The notes under the pieces were generated by a model, which saw nothing but the letters and a program-made list of their open reading frames with translations, was not told the DNA's origin and made no database searches. Below, piece by piece: positions 1 to 12,549 of a stretch of 64,000 nucleotides of DNA. Position numbers and translations under genes: made by a program. The first letter of the stretch is position 1; each line of letters begins with the position of its first letter. This DNA is from Pseudogymnoascus verrucosus (lineage: Eukaryota), in assembly GCA_001662655.1 (NCBI GenBank), contig KV460232.1; one strand, given 5' to 3'.

Positions 1-2009
1 CTCCCCATGCGTCTTCCCACCGGATAGTTGCTGGTACAGCAACGGAAGCTTTGTCTGCCATACACCGTGCACTGTATATAGACGCCACTGCAAATATAGC
101 AGCAGGTAGGTGAATAGTGTGCGACCGACCAAGCGGCAACCTATCCACGAGATCTTGGATTGCCATTGAGTGCAAAAGAGCTCGGCGTCCCTCGTCACTT
201 TGAGCCCAGACGACAAGATCAGATTCGTGGCCGGTGTAATCTGCTCCGCTGTAAAGCTGCTGCGGGATATTGTAGGTGGCACAAATCCATCTACAGAGCT
301 GTGTTGTTGGAGTGGCTAGATTAAGGCAGATGCTGTGCCACCTGATAAGCAATTCCATGCTTTCAGCCGCTGCAGGATTAAGGAAGCGTAGGCTCAGGTT
401 GTAGAGAGATATGAGAGCCTGGGCGATACTAATCTTCGACGGTGTTCCAACAGCAGGGCCCTTTAGTTGCTGCACATCTGAAATCAGAGATTGGAATCCC
501 TCTAGTACCACTCGGACGGAGAAATTGGACATCGGTTGATTAAGGCACAGAAGATTGGGGGAGAACATGTCCACAAATATCATTTGGAATGATCGCTGCG
601 GGGTTGCCTGCTTCTGAACTTCCACAATCCATTCATCCGCAGTCGTTGCAGCGAAAGCCTGATCGGATGCGGGCGTCAGAAGAGGGTTTGTGACATGGCG
701 TACGCATGTTGCGTGCCCAGAGAACTGTGAAATCTGCCCGTCGAGAATGTAGTGGCCAAGAATTGCCCTTTTATGAACCTCAAGGGCAGCCCAGATCTTC
801 CATTGCTCGTTTTTTTCATCTTCTGGTGTATCGAAGGTTGGCAAATGGAAAGAACCTTCATTAATTTGATACATCCCACATTGTCTTGCCCAATAGAATC
901 CCAGTCCGTGAAAGACTTGACACGTCATTCGTAAACTTTCGTTCTTTGATAATAGCGCATATGTCTGTCCAAGCAGTGCTGTTAAGATAAGCTGTACCCC
1001 ATTACATTGGTCTCTCGGACCCCTGGTAGCCATAAGAGCTTGCCATGAAGTTGCAACGGACATGTGAGCCAGCCTCCACAAAGCCTCGCCCTTAGTTACA
1101 GCGTCCTCTGCTGCTACAAACAGCGACCCAAGCGAAATAATGTTCAACAGGAGAGGGTGACTCGTCTCTCGTGCTAGAAAAGTAGGCTTGTGCAGCACAG
1201 GAAATGACGGCATGAATTTGTCGAAGAAGACATAGATACATGTGTCCAAAAACGCAGATGTAATGCCCTTAGAAGCAATCTCAGCAGTTAAACTAGAAGA
1301 CAGATTTCCAATCAGTCTGCTCATCTGTTGCATAGCCTGCTGCCCAGGACTGTCGAAAGCGTCGATTTGTTCGTTTGCGGGAGGCAGGACTTCTGAACTG
1401 TCCATCCTTAGAGCAGCGGATGGCTGAAACTGCATTACAGGCAATGTGATAGGCCAGTTGCTGTTGAAGTCTGACATCAAAATTTCAAGCAACTCGCCAG
1501 ATTCGGCCCACGATTGCATCGTTTCTGGTCCTGCCGGTATGGAGCTATGACTTGTGTCTGTATGGAGCTCCGGAAGACATGAGGGTTTGCGGCTAGTTAC
1601 TTCAGCCATGGGCTCCTCAAGCCGCGTGTTCTCTTCAGCTACTGAGGCTGGCGGGGTTGCCGAGGATTCTGCCAAAACACGTGCCTTTCCATTCTCGTGT
1701 AGTTTAGCATGTCTTCGCAATACGTCCTGCCGGCCAAAGCTCTTATTGCACCGTAGGCAAGAGAATGGTTTCCGGTTAAGGTCTTTTAAAATCAGCTTAG
1801 TGTAACAAAATCAGAAGGATTGTACAAACGGCTCCTTTCATGTCTCTAAAAGTATGTCAGCAAAACAACTAGACAACCAAGGCTTAATAACTTACTGCAA
1901 GGTGCTCGGCTTTAGTAAAGTTTCTACAGCAGGTAGTGCACCGAAACCTTCCGCTGAGATCATTTTCTGTATGATTGTCGTCATTGCCTGGAGAAGTAAT
2001 ACTACTCAT
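1..2009 (-). CDS. C2H2 zinc-finger transcription factor with fungal-specific TF (middle homology) domain; 3' end lies outside the window
   Basis: ATG at 2009 reads MSSITSPG...FRCTTCCRNFTKAEHLA, then a GT-AG intron, RHERS(H), a second intron, and LNRKPFSCLRCNKSFGRQDVLRRHAKLH: two C2H2 fingers. Downstream YLFFDKFMPSFPVLHKPTF is typical of Fungal_trans domains. The main exon is missing from the ORF track, consistent with it running off the window edge. Confidence 0.85.
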
Positions 2010-2724
2010 GTTAGGGACTTTATCAGTGCTTCATTTAAGATGGCAGAAATGGGGAACAGGATCATAATAATGAGGTTCCAAGGATGCGAGGTTGGCCGAG
2101 CTGGGGGATCTGTTGGGTGGGGCCATGCAGTATGGAGGAGGCTGATGGGCCAAGCGTCGCACGATGAGCGCAAAAGGTGAGAAATTGTTGGTAAGGACGA
2201 CGGGGAGTGAAAGTCAGGGAAGGAGAGCTGCCCTTTTGTACAGCTTGAAACCGGCGGCAGGCCTCTGCGCGCGCGTTCCCCAATTAGGCGAGCGCCAAAC
2301 CCCACAGGTTGAACACCACGATCTATATTATAAAAAATAGTAACTATAAATTCGTTTTCTATTTTGTTATTTTATTAAATTAAGCTCTTATAATAATCTT
2401 TAATTTGGTAATCTCACTTAATAGTGATTAAGACGCTCATTGGACTATATGAAATATTAACGACCACTATTTAAATAGTCTTTTATAATAGTATGAGCAC
2501 AACGGTCTATTTTCTGCGTCCGTTTGGACAAGACGAATGGAACTCTTACATTCTTAGAGATGAATTTAATTTGTTTCGAACTCTCGTCTATCTTACTGGC
2601 TTCGTAGCATTTCTGCGTTTTGCTTATTTATACAACACCACAAACGCCACTCCAACCATTTTATCGTACAACATATGCAACACAATATCTTACAACAATC
2701 ACCCCATACATATCAATACACTCC

Positions 2725-5316
2725 TCAAAACTCGTCATCCTCCCCATACTTACCCCCCCCCCTCCGACTCTCCGTCCCATCATCAATCCTCTTCTCCCTC
2801 ACCACCCTCCCCCCCCTCGTCCTCCTCTCTCCCCTCGACGGCTTCCCCCCGGTAACCTCCTTAATCCCCTCGAACCCCTCATCGCCCATATCAACCTGAT
2901 AAACATCCTTCCCGGTCTTCTTCCTCTTCTGCGCCTCCACCACATCCCTCCCCTTCCACTTCCCCGCCTTCTTCGAAGCCTTCATAACCTCCTTCGCCTT
3001 ATCCATCGGCTTCCCCAACCTCGCCGTCCTCTGCACCCTCGTCTTCGCCCCCAGCGCCCACAAATCACCCCACTTCGCCTTCCTCGCATCGCGATACGCC
3101 TGCGCGCTGAACGACTTGGGGACTGTCCAGCGCTCGAGTGTGCCGGAAGGCGTGCAGAGGTCGATGGATACGTGGCCGCGGCGCTTGAGGGGCGTGAGGA
3201 CCATGCGCGGTAAGGATAGGGTTGAGAAAGAGTCCGCCGGCTTCTGGGTGTGGTAGCCTAGATCGGGGTCGGAGCCGGCTTCGTGGCCGGCGAATGCGGC
3301 GTCTGTGGCTGATTGACCTTGGACTAGGGGCGTGGAGGAGGTGGATGGGTCGCGGGCGTCGACGCCGCGGCGCACGGCGAGGTAGGAGAACTGTGCGTCT
3401 TCGTGGTTTTTTCTGTTGGCGCCGAGAACGCGCTGTTGGAAGCCGGGGCGGATGAAGCGTTGCCCGAAGTGGCAGAAGTCCTTTCTCCCGGAGCTGATGC
3501 CGGGGACGGGATACATCGGGCAGGGCAGGTGGTTGGTGCAGGGTGCGATAATCATGCCCTTGTCCTTTGCGATGTCTGGGTCGTCGTTATTGAGGTTCCC
3601 GTTAACAATATGTGTCGCGCCTGGCGAGGCTATGTGCTTGTCGAGGAGCTGCGAGCGAGCTTCAGCGACGGCCTCGAAACCTCTTGGAATGCCCTTCTCG
3701 ATTATAATCAGGACGCCACCATTTGGGTTCAGCAGAGACCACAGGTTCCTGACTTGATTCTTGCGCTTGAAGTCTTCTTTAAGCGGGAAGAGTGTGTGCG
3801 GTGCGATAATGACATCGTAGCTCTTGCGGGGCTGAGGCTTGCTGCTGTCCATGCGCCGCTCGTAGTTGGCGGAGTGTATGTACTCCGGCAGCCTAGGGAG
3901 GAAGGAAGTATTTTCAAGGATGACAGACATGCGATCGCGCAGTGTCTCGGGTCCTGTAAGAACAGTAGATTTCCCAGGAACCTTTGACCCCGCCTCAACA
4001 AGCCCCTCATCAGCCATAATATCCCACTCCGTCTGCATGATCTCCTTCCAAGCGATAGCGCCAGCACCACCAGCACCGGCATCAAGCACGCTCGGTCCTT
4101 GACCGTCTTCGCGGAGAAGCATGTCTCGGATCCATTTAGGACCCAAACGCTTGCGTGTCTCGACAAGCGTTCCCATGACCGAGGCGTAGACACCCGGCAT
4201 AACAGCTGCCATGTACGCATCGGCTTCAATCTCGCTCATCCTGTATTGCGATGCTTCGAGACCAATGTGCTTTTGCGGGAGTAGACTGGAAGCTTTAGGC
4301 GTCGATGCCGAGTACGGGAGTCCTGGGCCACCAAACGCCTTCTCCGCAGCTTCGGTCAAATGCTTGATATCCGATCGTTTAAGCAAGTCCGTCAGAGGCT
4401 GCACGAAGCTCTCCTCCGGGAGAAAGATCGTACTTGGGTTCGTGCCAAAACGTCCCGCCATCGTATACGGATGCGTGCGGATCTCATCGCTATTGCTCCC
4501 AAACTCATCATCATCCCTCTCCCAAAAGTTGTCCTCCTCCATATCCTCCTCCACGTCCTCGATACCCTCCTCATACACCTCGAGTTCCTCCTCCACGTCC
4601 TGTGTCTCCTCTAACGGTTGTTGCGCGAGCGCATTCTCCATATCCTGTCGTAGTCGCATGATAGCGTCGACCTCGCGCTGGTTTTTGCCCTGGACGAGCA
4701 TATTCGCCTCCACCGCCTCCTCAACAGCAACCTCCATCTCCTGCAACTGCGCCGAGATAGAATCCCTAGTATGCCCAATGATTTCGTAATCGACATCCTC
4801 CGCGGCGTTCGCTTGCTCTCCCAGCCCCTCCCCAGCATACTCCTCTCCCATCTCGACCTCCTCAAACTCCCCATCAGCGTTCTCCCTGAGAATCACATTA
4901 CTAACCGGCCCATCCCACTCCCCACCCTCCAGCTCCGCATCCTCCACAATCTGCAAATCCTCATACGTCGTCTCCCTCAAAGGAGCCCCATATAGCCGTT
5001 CATACAACTGGTATTCCTCCCCCGACAAAAAGTCCTTCGGCAACGTCTCCCCAAACGTCTGACGCGCATGTCTAACCGTCTCTTCAATCCCCCCCTCTGC
5101 TACATTCTCCTTGACCGGTTCCGCATCCCTAACCCGCAAAGTCGTCGAGAAAGCCCTCAAGGAGGTCGGAGTGGCGAAGCCGCCGCGACGGGCAATAATA
5201 GGACGCGCTCTGGTCGTGGTGGTGGCGGTGGTGCGCGTAAATCCGCCTTCAAATAACGATTGCAGATGGAATCGACAAGCTTGACATGCCTGCGGCACTC
5301 TTCGTGCAGCGAGCAT
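2725..5316 (-). CDS. RSM22: Mitochondrial small-subunit assembly factor / SAM-methyltransferase-fold protein Rsm22 (METTL17 family)
   Basis: 863-aa ORF with an Arg-rich presequence, VLDAGAGGAG SAM motif, IIAPCTNHLPCPM...FCHF, KRRGHVSIDLCTPSG and AYRDARKAKWGDLW. Confidence 0.93.
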   Translation of the reverse strand: MLAARRVPQACQACRFHLQSLFEGGFTRTTATTTTRARPIIARRGGFATPTSLRAFSTTLRVRDAEPVKENVAEGGIEETVRHARQTFGETLPKDFLSGEEYQLYERLYGAPLRETTYEDLQIVEDAELEGGEWDGPVSNVILRENADGEFEEVEMGEEYAGEGLGEQANAAEDVDYEIIGHTRDSISAQLQEMEVAVEEAVEANMLVQGKNQREVDAIMRLRQDMENALAQQPLEETQDVEEELEVYEEGIEDVEEDMEEDNFWERDDDEFGSNSDEIRTHPYTMAGRFGTNPSTIFLPEESFVQPLTDLLKRSDIKHLTEAAEKAFGGPGLPYSASTPKASSLLPQKHIGLEASQYRMSEIEADAYMAAVMPGVYASVMGTLVETRKRLGPKWIRDMLLREDGQGPSVLDAGAGGAGAIAWKEIMQTEWDIMADEGLVEAGSKVPGKSTVLTGPETLRDRMSVILENTSFLPRLPEYIHSANYERRMDSSKPQPRKSYDVIIAPHTLFPLKEDFKRKNQVRNLWSLLNPNGGVLIIIEKGIPRGFEAVAEARSQLLDKHIASPGATHIVNGNLNNDDPDIAKDKGMIIAPCTNHLPCPMYPVPGISSGRKDFCHFGQRFIRPGFQQRVLGANRKNHEDAQFSYLAVRRGVDARDPSTSSTPLVQGQSATDAAFAGHEAGSDPDLGYHTQKPADSFSTLSLPRMVLTPLKRRGHVSIDLCTPSGTLERWTVPKSFSAQAYRDARKAKWGDLWALGAKTRVQRTARLGKPMDKAKEVMKASKKAGKWKGRDVVEAQKRKKTGKDVYQVDMGDEGFEGIKEVTGGKPSRGERRTRGGRVVREKRIDDGTESRRGGGKYGEDDEF

Positions 5317-5710
5317 TGTTGGATAATCGAGGGCGCTTTTTTGCGGATGATGGGGGATGGGGGATGGGAGATCGTTTTTCTTGGAGAAGGCTGAGATATT
5401 TCATGGAAGGCTGCTTGGGGCCTGAGGCGATTATGTTTATTTCGGGGTGCGGTGATTGGTTGGGCGGATTGGGTAGGTAAGTCAGGACCCCTGTACCTTC
5501 GCGGGACCCACCGAGCCGCGTTTTGATAATAGTTACGGTTACCAATACTAACCATAATGGTAGATCCATAGCCTTCTTCAACAAGGCTGATTGCACCCGG
5601 AGGCCAATTCCCGCGCGCATCACCACTTCACCTCCATCATCAGCCTCACTCCCGACAATGCCGCTCCTTTAATACAACACACACCTCCTCCCACCTCACG
5701 CATCTCAACC

Positions 5711-6559
5711 ATGCCACCCCTCCACCTCCAACACCTCCACCTCCCCCTCCTAACCCCCTACGCCACCGCGCAATCCCTCCAATCCTCCCTCGTCCGCGCC
5801 TTCCTAACCCACAAACACACCCCCTCCACCCCCCTCCCCCCCCCAACCCTCCTCACCTTCACTCCCCCCCCCATCTACACCACCGGGCGCCGCGAGCTTC
5901 CCTCCTCCTACCCTCCCTCACTAAGAGCCACCCTCCGCGCCCCTCTCGATTCAAATACCAGCGGGGCGGATTTCACTCCAGCTTCAAGAGGGGGGTTGAT
6001 TACCTTCCATGGCCCGGGACAGTTGGTTATCTACCCGACGATATCACTCAACCACCCCCCCAGCTTCAGGAAACCGACAAGTCCGCGCTGCTACGTCTCT
6101 CTCCTCGAAACAGTCACCATCCGCACCCTAGCCCACTATGGCATCGAAGGCTTCCGCACAGCTGATCCAGGGGTATGGGTTAACCCCCGCCACAACCGTC
6201 TCGCCGACCCATCATCACCATCGATAGAAGGGGCCACAGAAAAAAAAATCGCAGCCCTAGGCGTCCACCTCCGGCGCAACATAACAAGCCACGGCGTCGG
6301 GCTAAACATCAGCACCGACCTGCGGTGGTTCGATCGCATAGTCGCCTGCGGGATCGAGGGGAAGGGCGTTACCAGCCTCGCTGAGGAAGGGGTGGTGGGT
6401 AAAACTGTGGAAGAAGTTGCGAGGGTCTGGGTAGATGCATTTGCTGCGGAGGTTGGCGCGGAGGTGGTGAGGAGTGTGGAGGTGGGGGAGGTGTTGGAGC
6501 AGGTGGGGGTGGGGAGGTTGGAGGATTTGGTGGAGGGGAGGGGGGGGATGGGGATGTGA
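5711..6559 (+). CDS. LIP2: Lipoyl(octanoyl) transferase LipB/Lip2
   Basis: Motifs PIYTTGRR, RGGLITFHGPGQLVIYP, KKIAALGVHLRRNITSHGVGLN and IVACGI. First ATG at 5711. Confidence 0.93.
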   Translation: MPPLHLQHLHLPLLTPYATAQSLQSSLVRAFLTHKHTPSTPLPPPTLLTFTPPPIYTTGRRELPSSYPPSLRATLRAPLDSNTSGADFTPASRGGLITFHGPGQLVIYPTISLNHPPSFRKPTSPRCYVSLLETVTIRTLAHYGIEGFRTADPGVWVNPRHNRLADPSSPSIEGATEKKIAALGVHLRRNITSHGVGLNISTDLRWFDRIVACGIEGKGVTSLAEEGVVGKTVEEVARVWVDAFAAEVGAEVVRSVEVGEVLEQVGVGRLEDLVEGRGGMGM

Positions 6560-7337
6560 TGTAGGGGGAGGAGGTGGTTATCACATACGACGGGGAACTT
6601 AGAATCCGACATACAACGAGGGCGCGCCGACACTATACTGCGGCAGCACATCCCTCATCTCACAGCGATTAAACATCTCGCAACACACACACACACACAC
6701 ATACATAGACACATCATACCCCAGAACTCGTAAAAATTCATAACCAGCTCAACAACATGTCAACGTATTAATCAACTACCGTTTGCTTGTCGAAACCCCC
6801 CCCCACCACTCGTTCGCTCGTCCCCCACACACCATGTTGCCACCACAATCATCAACCATCAACAACGCCCCACGCCCCAAACAGTATATCATAAAAATAA
6901 AAAGACGCGCAAGTTTCGCTGTCCTCAAGACAATCCCATCAAAAAATCATTCGTTGCCTACCTAGCATTTCGCTTCCCCCGATCGCTTCCCCCATAAACG
7001 CCGTGTGTTTCAAGAACCAACATTTATTACCTGTTGGAAGAATTTCCCCAAAGCTATGCGCCACATCTTTCTCATTAATTCAATCAAACGCTCCCACCAG
7101 CCAACACAGCTCTGTTGAAATTCGGCGTAATCCTAGAGATAGATACTATCTCGAATTAAGGCACACACGTGCGTGCCACAATCAGTTCCTGTCTCTCTCT
7201 CATATCCCATATCCCATGTCCCATGATAGTTTGTTTGTTTCCTTTTCCTCCCTATTCCCTGGTGCCGGGGGTATGCCAGTAAATTTTTATTCCGAAAACC
7301 CTCGCGTCTGCAAATCCCAGCCCTATCTCCACCCCAC

Positions 7338-9261
7338 CTACGCAGATTTATGCCTCGCCGAGTCCCTCCTCGGCGCCTGCGGTCTCTCCTCATCATCCGG
7401 ACACCACTCTTCCGGCTGAAAATTGGGGTTATTGTAGTGCGCAGTGTTATAATGGCTGTTCTTAAACGTGTTCGTCTGAAACGACGACTGCTGCGCGGAC
7501 GGATCGTTCCAGTCGCTCTCATACTCGTATTTCGAGTGCCTGAACTGACTGCCTAGGTTCGGCGGCGGCGGGGCTTCGGTCGGCGTGGGCGGGATGGCGC
7601 GGGAGAGTTGTGGTTGTGAGGGGCCGCTATGTATTGGTAGTGCTGCGGAGGGGAATATCGGGGTGCTGGAGGCCTGGGATGGTACTGCCGATATCGGCGA
7701 GACGGACGGCATGGTTGGTGTTGAGGCCGACGTATCGAGTGAGTATGAAGGTGACATTACGGGCTTGCAGTCACCAAGAGGGGCGTATGCTGGAGAAAAC
7801 CCCTGGTTACCGAGAGGCGCCATTGACAGGCCGGGAATGCCCGCAATACCCGACAGATCGAAGGCGTTAAAGTTTGTCATTGGAGACGGGTCCTGGACGC
7901 GGTTGAGGATACCAGCGCGGTGGACCTGGATATTTGCCGAGGCGGATGCGCCGTCGATGATCTGTTGCTGCCTCAATGAAAGAGCGGGGGATCTCTCCTT
8001 ATACAGGATATCATAATGACCAGGACGGTACAGCAGGTGGACCATTGGGGCGCCAGCGTGGATTGGGGTACCAGTCTCATCTTCAGCCTGGATGATATGA
8101 CTATTAACATCCGTTCCCTCACTCCTGTCCAGATAAACAATCTCGACGGCGATACCGACCGGCTTCATTAGGACGTCGATCAAAAGGGTCATGCCCAAGT
8201 GCTCAATCTCTGTTTTTGAAGGCTCGATCATGTTTTTGCTGTAGTTGTCGACACCAAGTCCATCTGGGATAAAATCTCTGTAGGTGACAGCGTTGGCCTT
8301 GAGCCACGCGCTGGAAAGCAGTCTGAAGTAGTAGATAATGGCATTAGAAACCTCCTCGTCGTTAAAGCGTAGGAGGGTTAGTGAATCCGAATCAGGCGTC
8401 GGCCGCACATGTACTGTGGCAGCAAGGTCTCTCAAAAGGCTGAGCACTTCCTCCCTCATGTCCTCAAAGAGCCATTCTTGGTAGCCGCACCATGTTTCGA
8501 TGAAACTCGTTAGTGACATCATACGTGCGATTTCTTCTTCAAGCTGGTCTTTGCTCCCTAGCTTGTTGAGCGTCTCGAAGTACGAGAAGCCAATCGCTAG
8601 AGAAGTCAGTATCGTGTTCCATCATAAATTGAACAGAGGCTGAATATATCTGCAGCTGAGTCTGGAAGGAAATGTGCAAATGAATAGATGAGTGAGAATA
8701 CATACCACGCCATCCACAGTTGCCATCGCCAAGTACAGGTCGGTAATGGCTGTAAGTCTGCGGCAATTTCTTTGCGGAAGCAAGTCAGTAATGATTACCA
8801 TATGCAGGTGAAGCCAACATACCGCAGTTTTGGCAACGAATATCGGATCAGCTTTTGCGTATTCTTCCGTGATGGCATGACTGCTCTTCTTAGGCCCAAC
8901 CAAGGGTCCCTATAACACTGTAAGTTCATTGGGCTCATGTCAAAGTGCAGTAACGAGGTCCTACTTTTAAGTCTGGTTGATATTTTCTTGCAAGCGCCTC
9001 TTGGGCCTCCAAGTCATCGGCAACGGGCGGGGTAGTCATGGTGTTGTTGTAGCGCTGAGGTAGGTTGAGGTGTTGGTTCAAATTGCCGCCGAATGAGCCA
9101 ACGGTGTTGAAGATCGGCTCGTCGAAGGTGATCGGCCCTCCGCTGTTTAACCCCAGATTGGACGTCGCGGCTTGGAAGTTATAGTCACCATGTGGGTTAT
9201 TGTTTGGTATTGAAGAGGTGTAAGCAAAGGACGCGAACGGGGTCGCTTGCGGTTGAAACAT
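7338..9261 (-). CDS. Otubain-type (peptidase C65) ubiquitin thioesterase, multi-exon
   Basis: Catalytic RPVLGDGNCGWR exon near 8710-8745 and HLLYRPGHYDILY. Exons about 9261-8965, 8909-8823, 8769-8706 and 8596-7338 with GT-AG introns. Confidence 0.88.
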
Positions 9262-11858
9262 CTCCCCGCTAAAAGACTGGAAAGTCGTCTGTTCCTTTTA
9301 TTCTAAAGTAGGTAGGCACGAACGAACGGGAGAACGGGAGAACGGAGAACGGACGATACTGTGCGTTTAACGCAAAGACAGGCCACTGGTAAGATAAGCG
9401 ACGGGAGAGAACCAGGTAATAACTAGGTCGCTCGGGCTTTCGATATGTCCGTACTCTTTAAATTAGTGATATTGAGTCCTGGCACTGTATAATTCGTGAA
9501 CTGTCCAAGAGGGTATATGATTGCGCGATATATGGTATGTTCTTTCAATGGTGGAAGCTCCAGATAGGCTCCTCTTTTATCAACGCTATTTGTCGATGCT
9601 CGCGCAACAGCGAAAGTGGGAGCAGGTAGTATGGATGGATGGGCAACGAGTGGCTTCGATGACTGGGAACGAGTGTCAATAACGCATTAATTGCAGCGTT
9701 TCGATGATGAGGGCGATATAGTCAACGAGGATCAATTGAGTATGTATTCCAATTCCGCATCGGTTGCACCCGGGTATACCTGGTGCCGGCTGACGGCGGC
9801 GAAAAGGATGTAGAGGTCGTAGAGATATTGCGGAAGAGTGAGTATTCGGACCAGGTCAAGTCAGAGGATGGTGGAAGCAGGAAGAGCGAAGGAGGAGAGT
9901 TGCAGAGCGAGAGAGCGAGAGAGCGCTCGTTTCGTCTTGGATGAGGGTCGATGGGGGGTATTTGGAGTAGCTCAGCGTCCCTGTAGTCTCCACTCCTCAT
10001 GCGTGCTGCCGTCGAGGAGACCCTTTTTTACCCGCGCAAAAGGCACGTCGCAAGATGGAGAAGGAGATGGAGGAGGAGAGAGCTCGAAGGTGTATTGGGG
10101 AGGGATATCGGAGCCGATGGATGTATGTATTTCTGTATCCTGGCAGCTGCGAGCTTTCGGTGTGTTTATGCGACCGCGGGCATGCTGAAACGGATAAATT
10201 CTGCACGTGAGTATAAATATATATTGATGGAGCGTCGTAGTAAGGTAGGTCGAAGGCTGGCCGATGATGGATGATTTGATGGGGGGCGGAGTCAGCGGAG
10301 AGTAGCAGTGTGAGTAAAGTGACGGCCAGTTTATGGGCTGATGGGAGTTATTTTGATAGGTACAGAGAGGAGGACAAGGACAGTTCAGGATGTATAGGAT
10401 GGACAGGATGGACAGGGCAGGATAGTAACTGTACGTACGGTATGTGTGTGTGAATGTATGTACAGTGCATATATATAGTGCATATAGCAATGGAGTAGCA
10501 ATGGAGGAGGTAGTACAATACTTTAGATACTTTACAATACAGGCATCCTACATACATTATAGATAGCCGTAGAGGTAGAGATAGATATATATATACTCCC
10601 CTACCGCCGACTAACTAAACTAAATGGACAGCGGGAGGAGGGGACGGGGGGGGCGGACGGGGGACGGGGGATGGGATGAGGAGTTACTGTATGGATATGG
10701 GTATGGATATGGGTATGAGTATGGGTATGGTAGTATGTATATGGATGGGTATGGGGGGGGAAGTGTAGGGGGGTAGGGGGTAGGGGGGTAGGGGGATATA
10801 GCTGAGAGAGGGGATAGATAGGTGAGGGGAAAGAAGGGCACACTGTCTCAGCTTAGAGATGTCTCCGTTACAGGGTATATCGTAGTAATCTATGTACCAT
10901 CCAGTACAATAATGTACTACACTATACTTATACCATACAAATTACAATACAAATGATTTGAGGGATGGGAAGGGATGGGGAGGGATCACAGTAGGAGGGG
11001 GGAGGGATCAGTGGAAGAGAGGTAGGAGCATAATGGCCCCTTGTACGATCTACCTTGGTCTCATCCACCATCCTCTTACCTCTCCACCATCCTCTCCACC
11101 TCTCCATCTCCACCATCTCCACCATCGTCAACTCCCATCATCCACTTTATAATCCAACAAAGCCACTTCCACCCACTTCCAACCAACAACTCTTCCCGCT
11201 GAGACAAACCCTCCAACCGGGCCAACCTGCCCCGAACCGCGCGGCTACCTCTCCACTTGGCCTCAAACTCCCATACACACTGCGGCTGGAATGGTCGGAA
11301 AATAGACCTCCCCCCCAAAAAAGAGGTAGGTACCGTACTTGATTTCCCCCCATCTGAGACCTCTGTCTGACATTCAAGGCCCTTTTTTACTCCGTCCCCA
11401 GGATCTATCTATCTATGGTAAGGTATGGTATGGTATGGTATGGTATGCTTGCCTGCCTCCCCCCATCCATGGCTAGGATTGATCGATTCTCCCTCTTGAC
11501 GACACGGACGACGCTGGTGCTGGTGCTGGTGCTGTTGCTGCTGTTTTACTACCCCACTTCATGCACCCACCGCCGCCGCTACACAAAAATGTACATCCCT
11601 AACACATACATACATACATACTTACACCGTTTCCTGACCAATCCACGGCCCAGCCCCGGTTACCTCGCGCGCGCGCGGCCGGGCCTGATATTGTGTGTAG
11701 GTAAGTAGGGTAGGTATGTGTGTTCGTGCTGTTTCCTGTCTTACTCGGCTTCGGATACTCGCATGTAATGAACCCGTCCGTCGAGATGCGCGAGGGGAGG
11801 GAAGGGAGGGGAAGCTGCTGCATGGACAAGCAAGCAAGACAAGCAAGCAGGCAAGACA

Positions 11859-11937
11859 AGAGTTACCCTTGAAGTGTGTGTGTGTCTGGACTATCTAGAC
11901 AGAGCTACCCTTGAAGTTTGTCTAGACTATCTAGACA
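11859..11937. repeat. Imperfect direct repeat, two copies of about 40 bp (agagytacccttgaagt...gtctrgactatctagac)
   Basis: Both copies are visible in tandem in the intergenic sequence. Confidence 0.8.
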
Positions 11938-12489
11938 TCCAGGCCGGAGACTACTTGCTCCGGCTTACATGGGTATACATAATCGAGTCGGTCTGTCGGT
12001 CGGTCTGTCGCATCGACCAAATCGCAGGCATCACCACCACCACCACCACCAACAGTATAGTATAGTAATAGTTGTAGTTTTGTGAAGCAGCACTCCTTCT
12101 CCTACCCTGCCTGCCACCCTGCCGCTCACACCCACAAAAAACACCTAGCCGACTTCACGGCACACACACCCCCCCTCGCAAGAGCTAGAGCTATACGTAT
12201 ACCGTATACAAGGGTAGATCATCACGTCCCACCTCTGCCAGGGCAAGACTAAACGGCCTCTCCTCTCTCGACGCCGCCGCCGGACCACCCACCCACAGGG
12301 CTGTCACATCTCATCTCACCCCCGCCCTCCTCCCGGTCGGCCAGAAAGCTCATCCACCGATCATCCTCTCCCCCTCCTCCTCTCCTCCAATCCCCATCCA
12401 ACGGGCATCACCTCTCCCCTCCTCCCCTGCCGTCTTCTACGACAGACAGACAGATAGGACAGCGCCCTAGACAAGGGCATCGCATGATC

Positions 12490-12549
12490 GAGTCCCCCGG
12501 CATGGGAGGATGTCGCCAATGACAACCTCCCTCCCATGCCGGGGAACTC
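12490..12549. repeat. Inverted repeat / hairpin with 20-bp arms (19/20 paired)
   Basis: gagtcccccggcatgggagg (12490-12509) pairs with cctcccatgccggggaactc (12530-12549). Inner tgtc/gaca can also pair. Confidence 0.85.

Noticed and set aside
2322..2495. AT-rich patch as a RIP-degraded transposon (similar patches at about 22720-22820 and 51420-51600)
   Set aside because: Short, with no terminal repeats or transposase remnants visible. It cannot be distinguished from ordinary promoter/terminator DNA.
5591..5710. In-frame TTG-initiated N-terminal extension of LIP2
   Set aside because: Not presequence-like, and the ATG at 5711 has good context. No support for non-AUG initiation.
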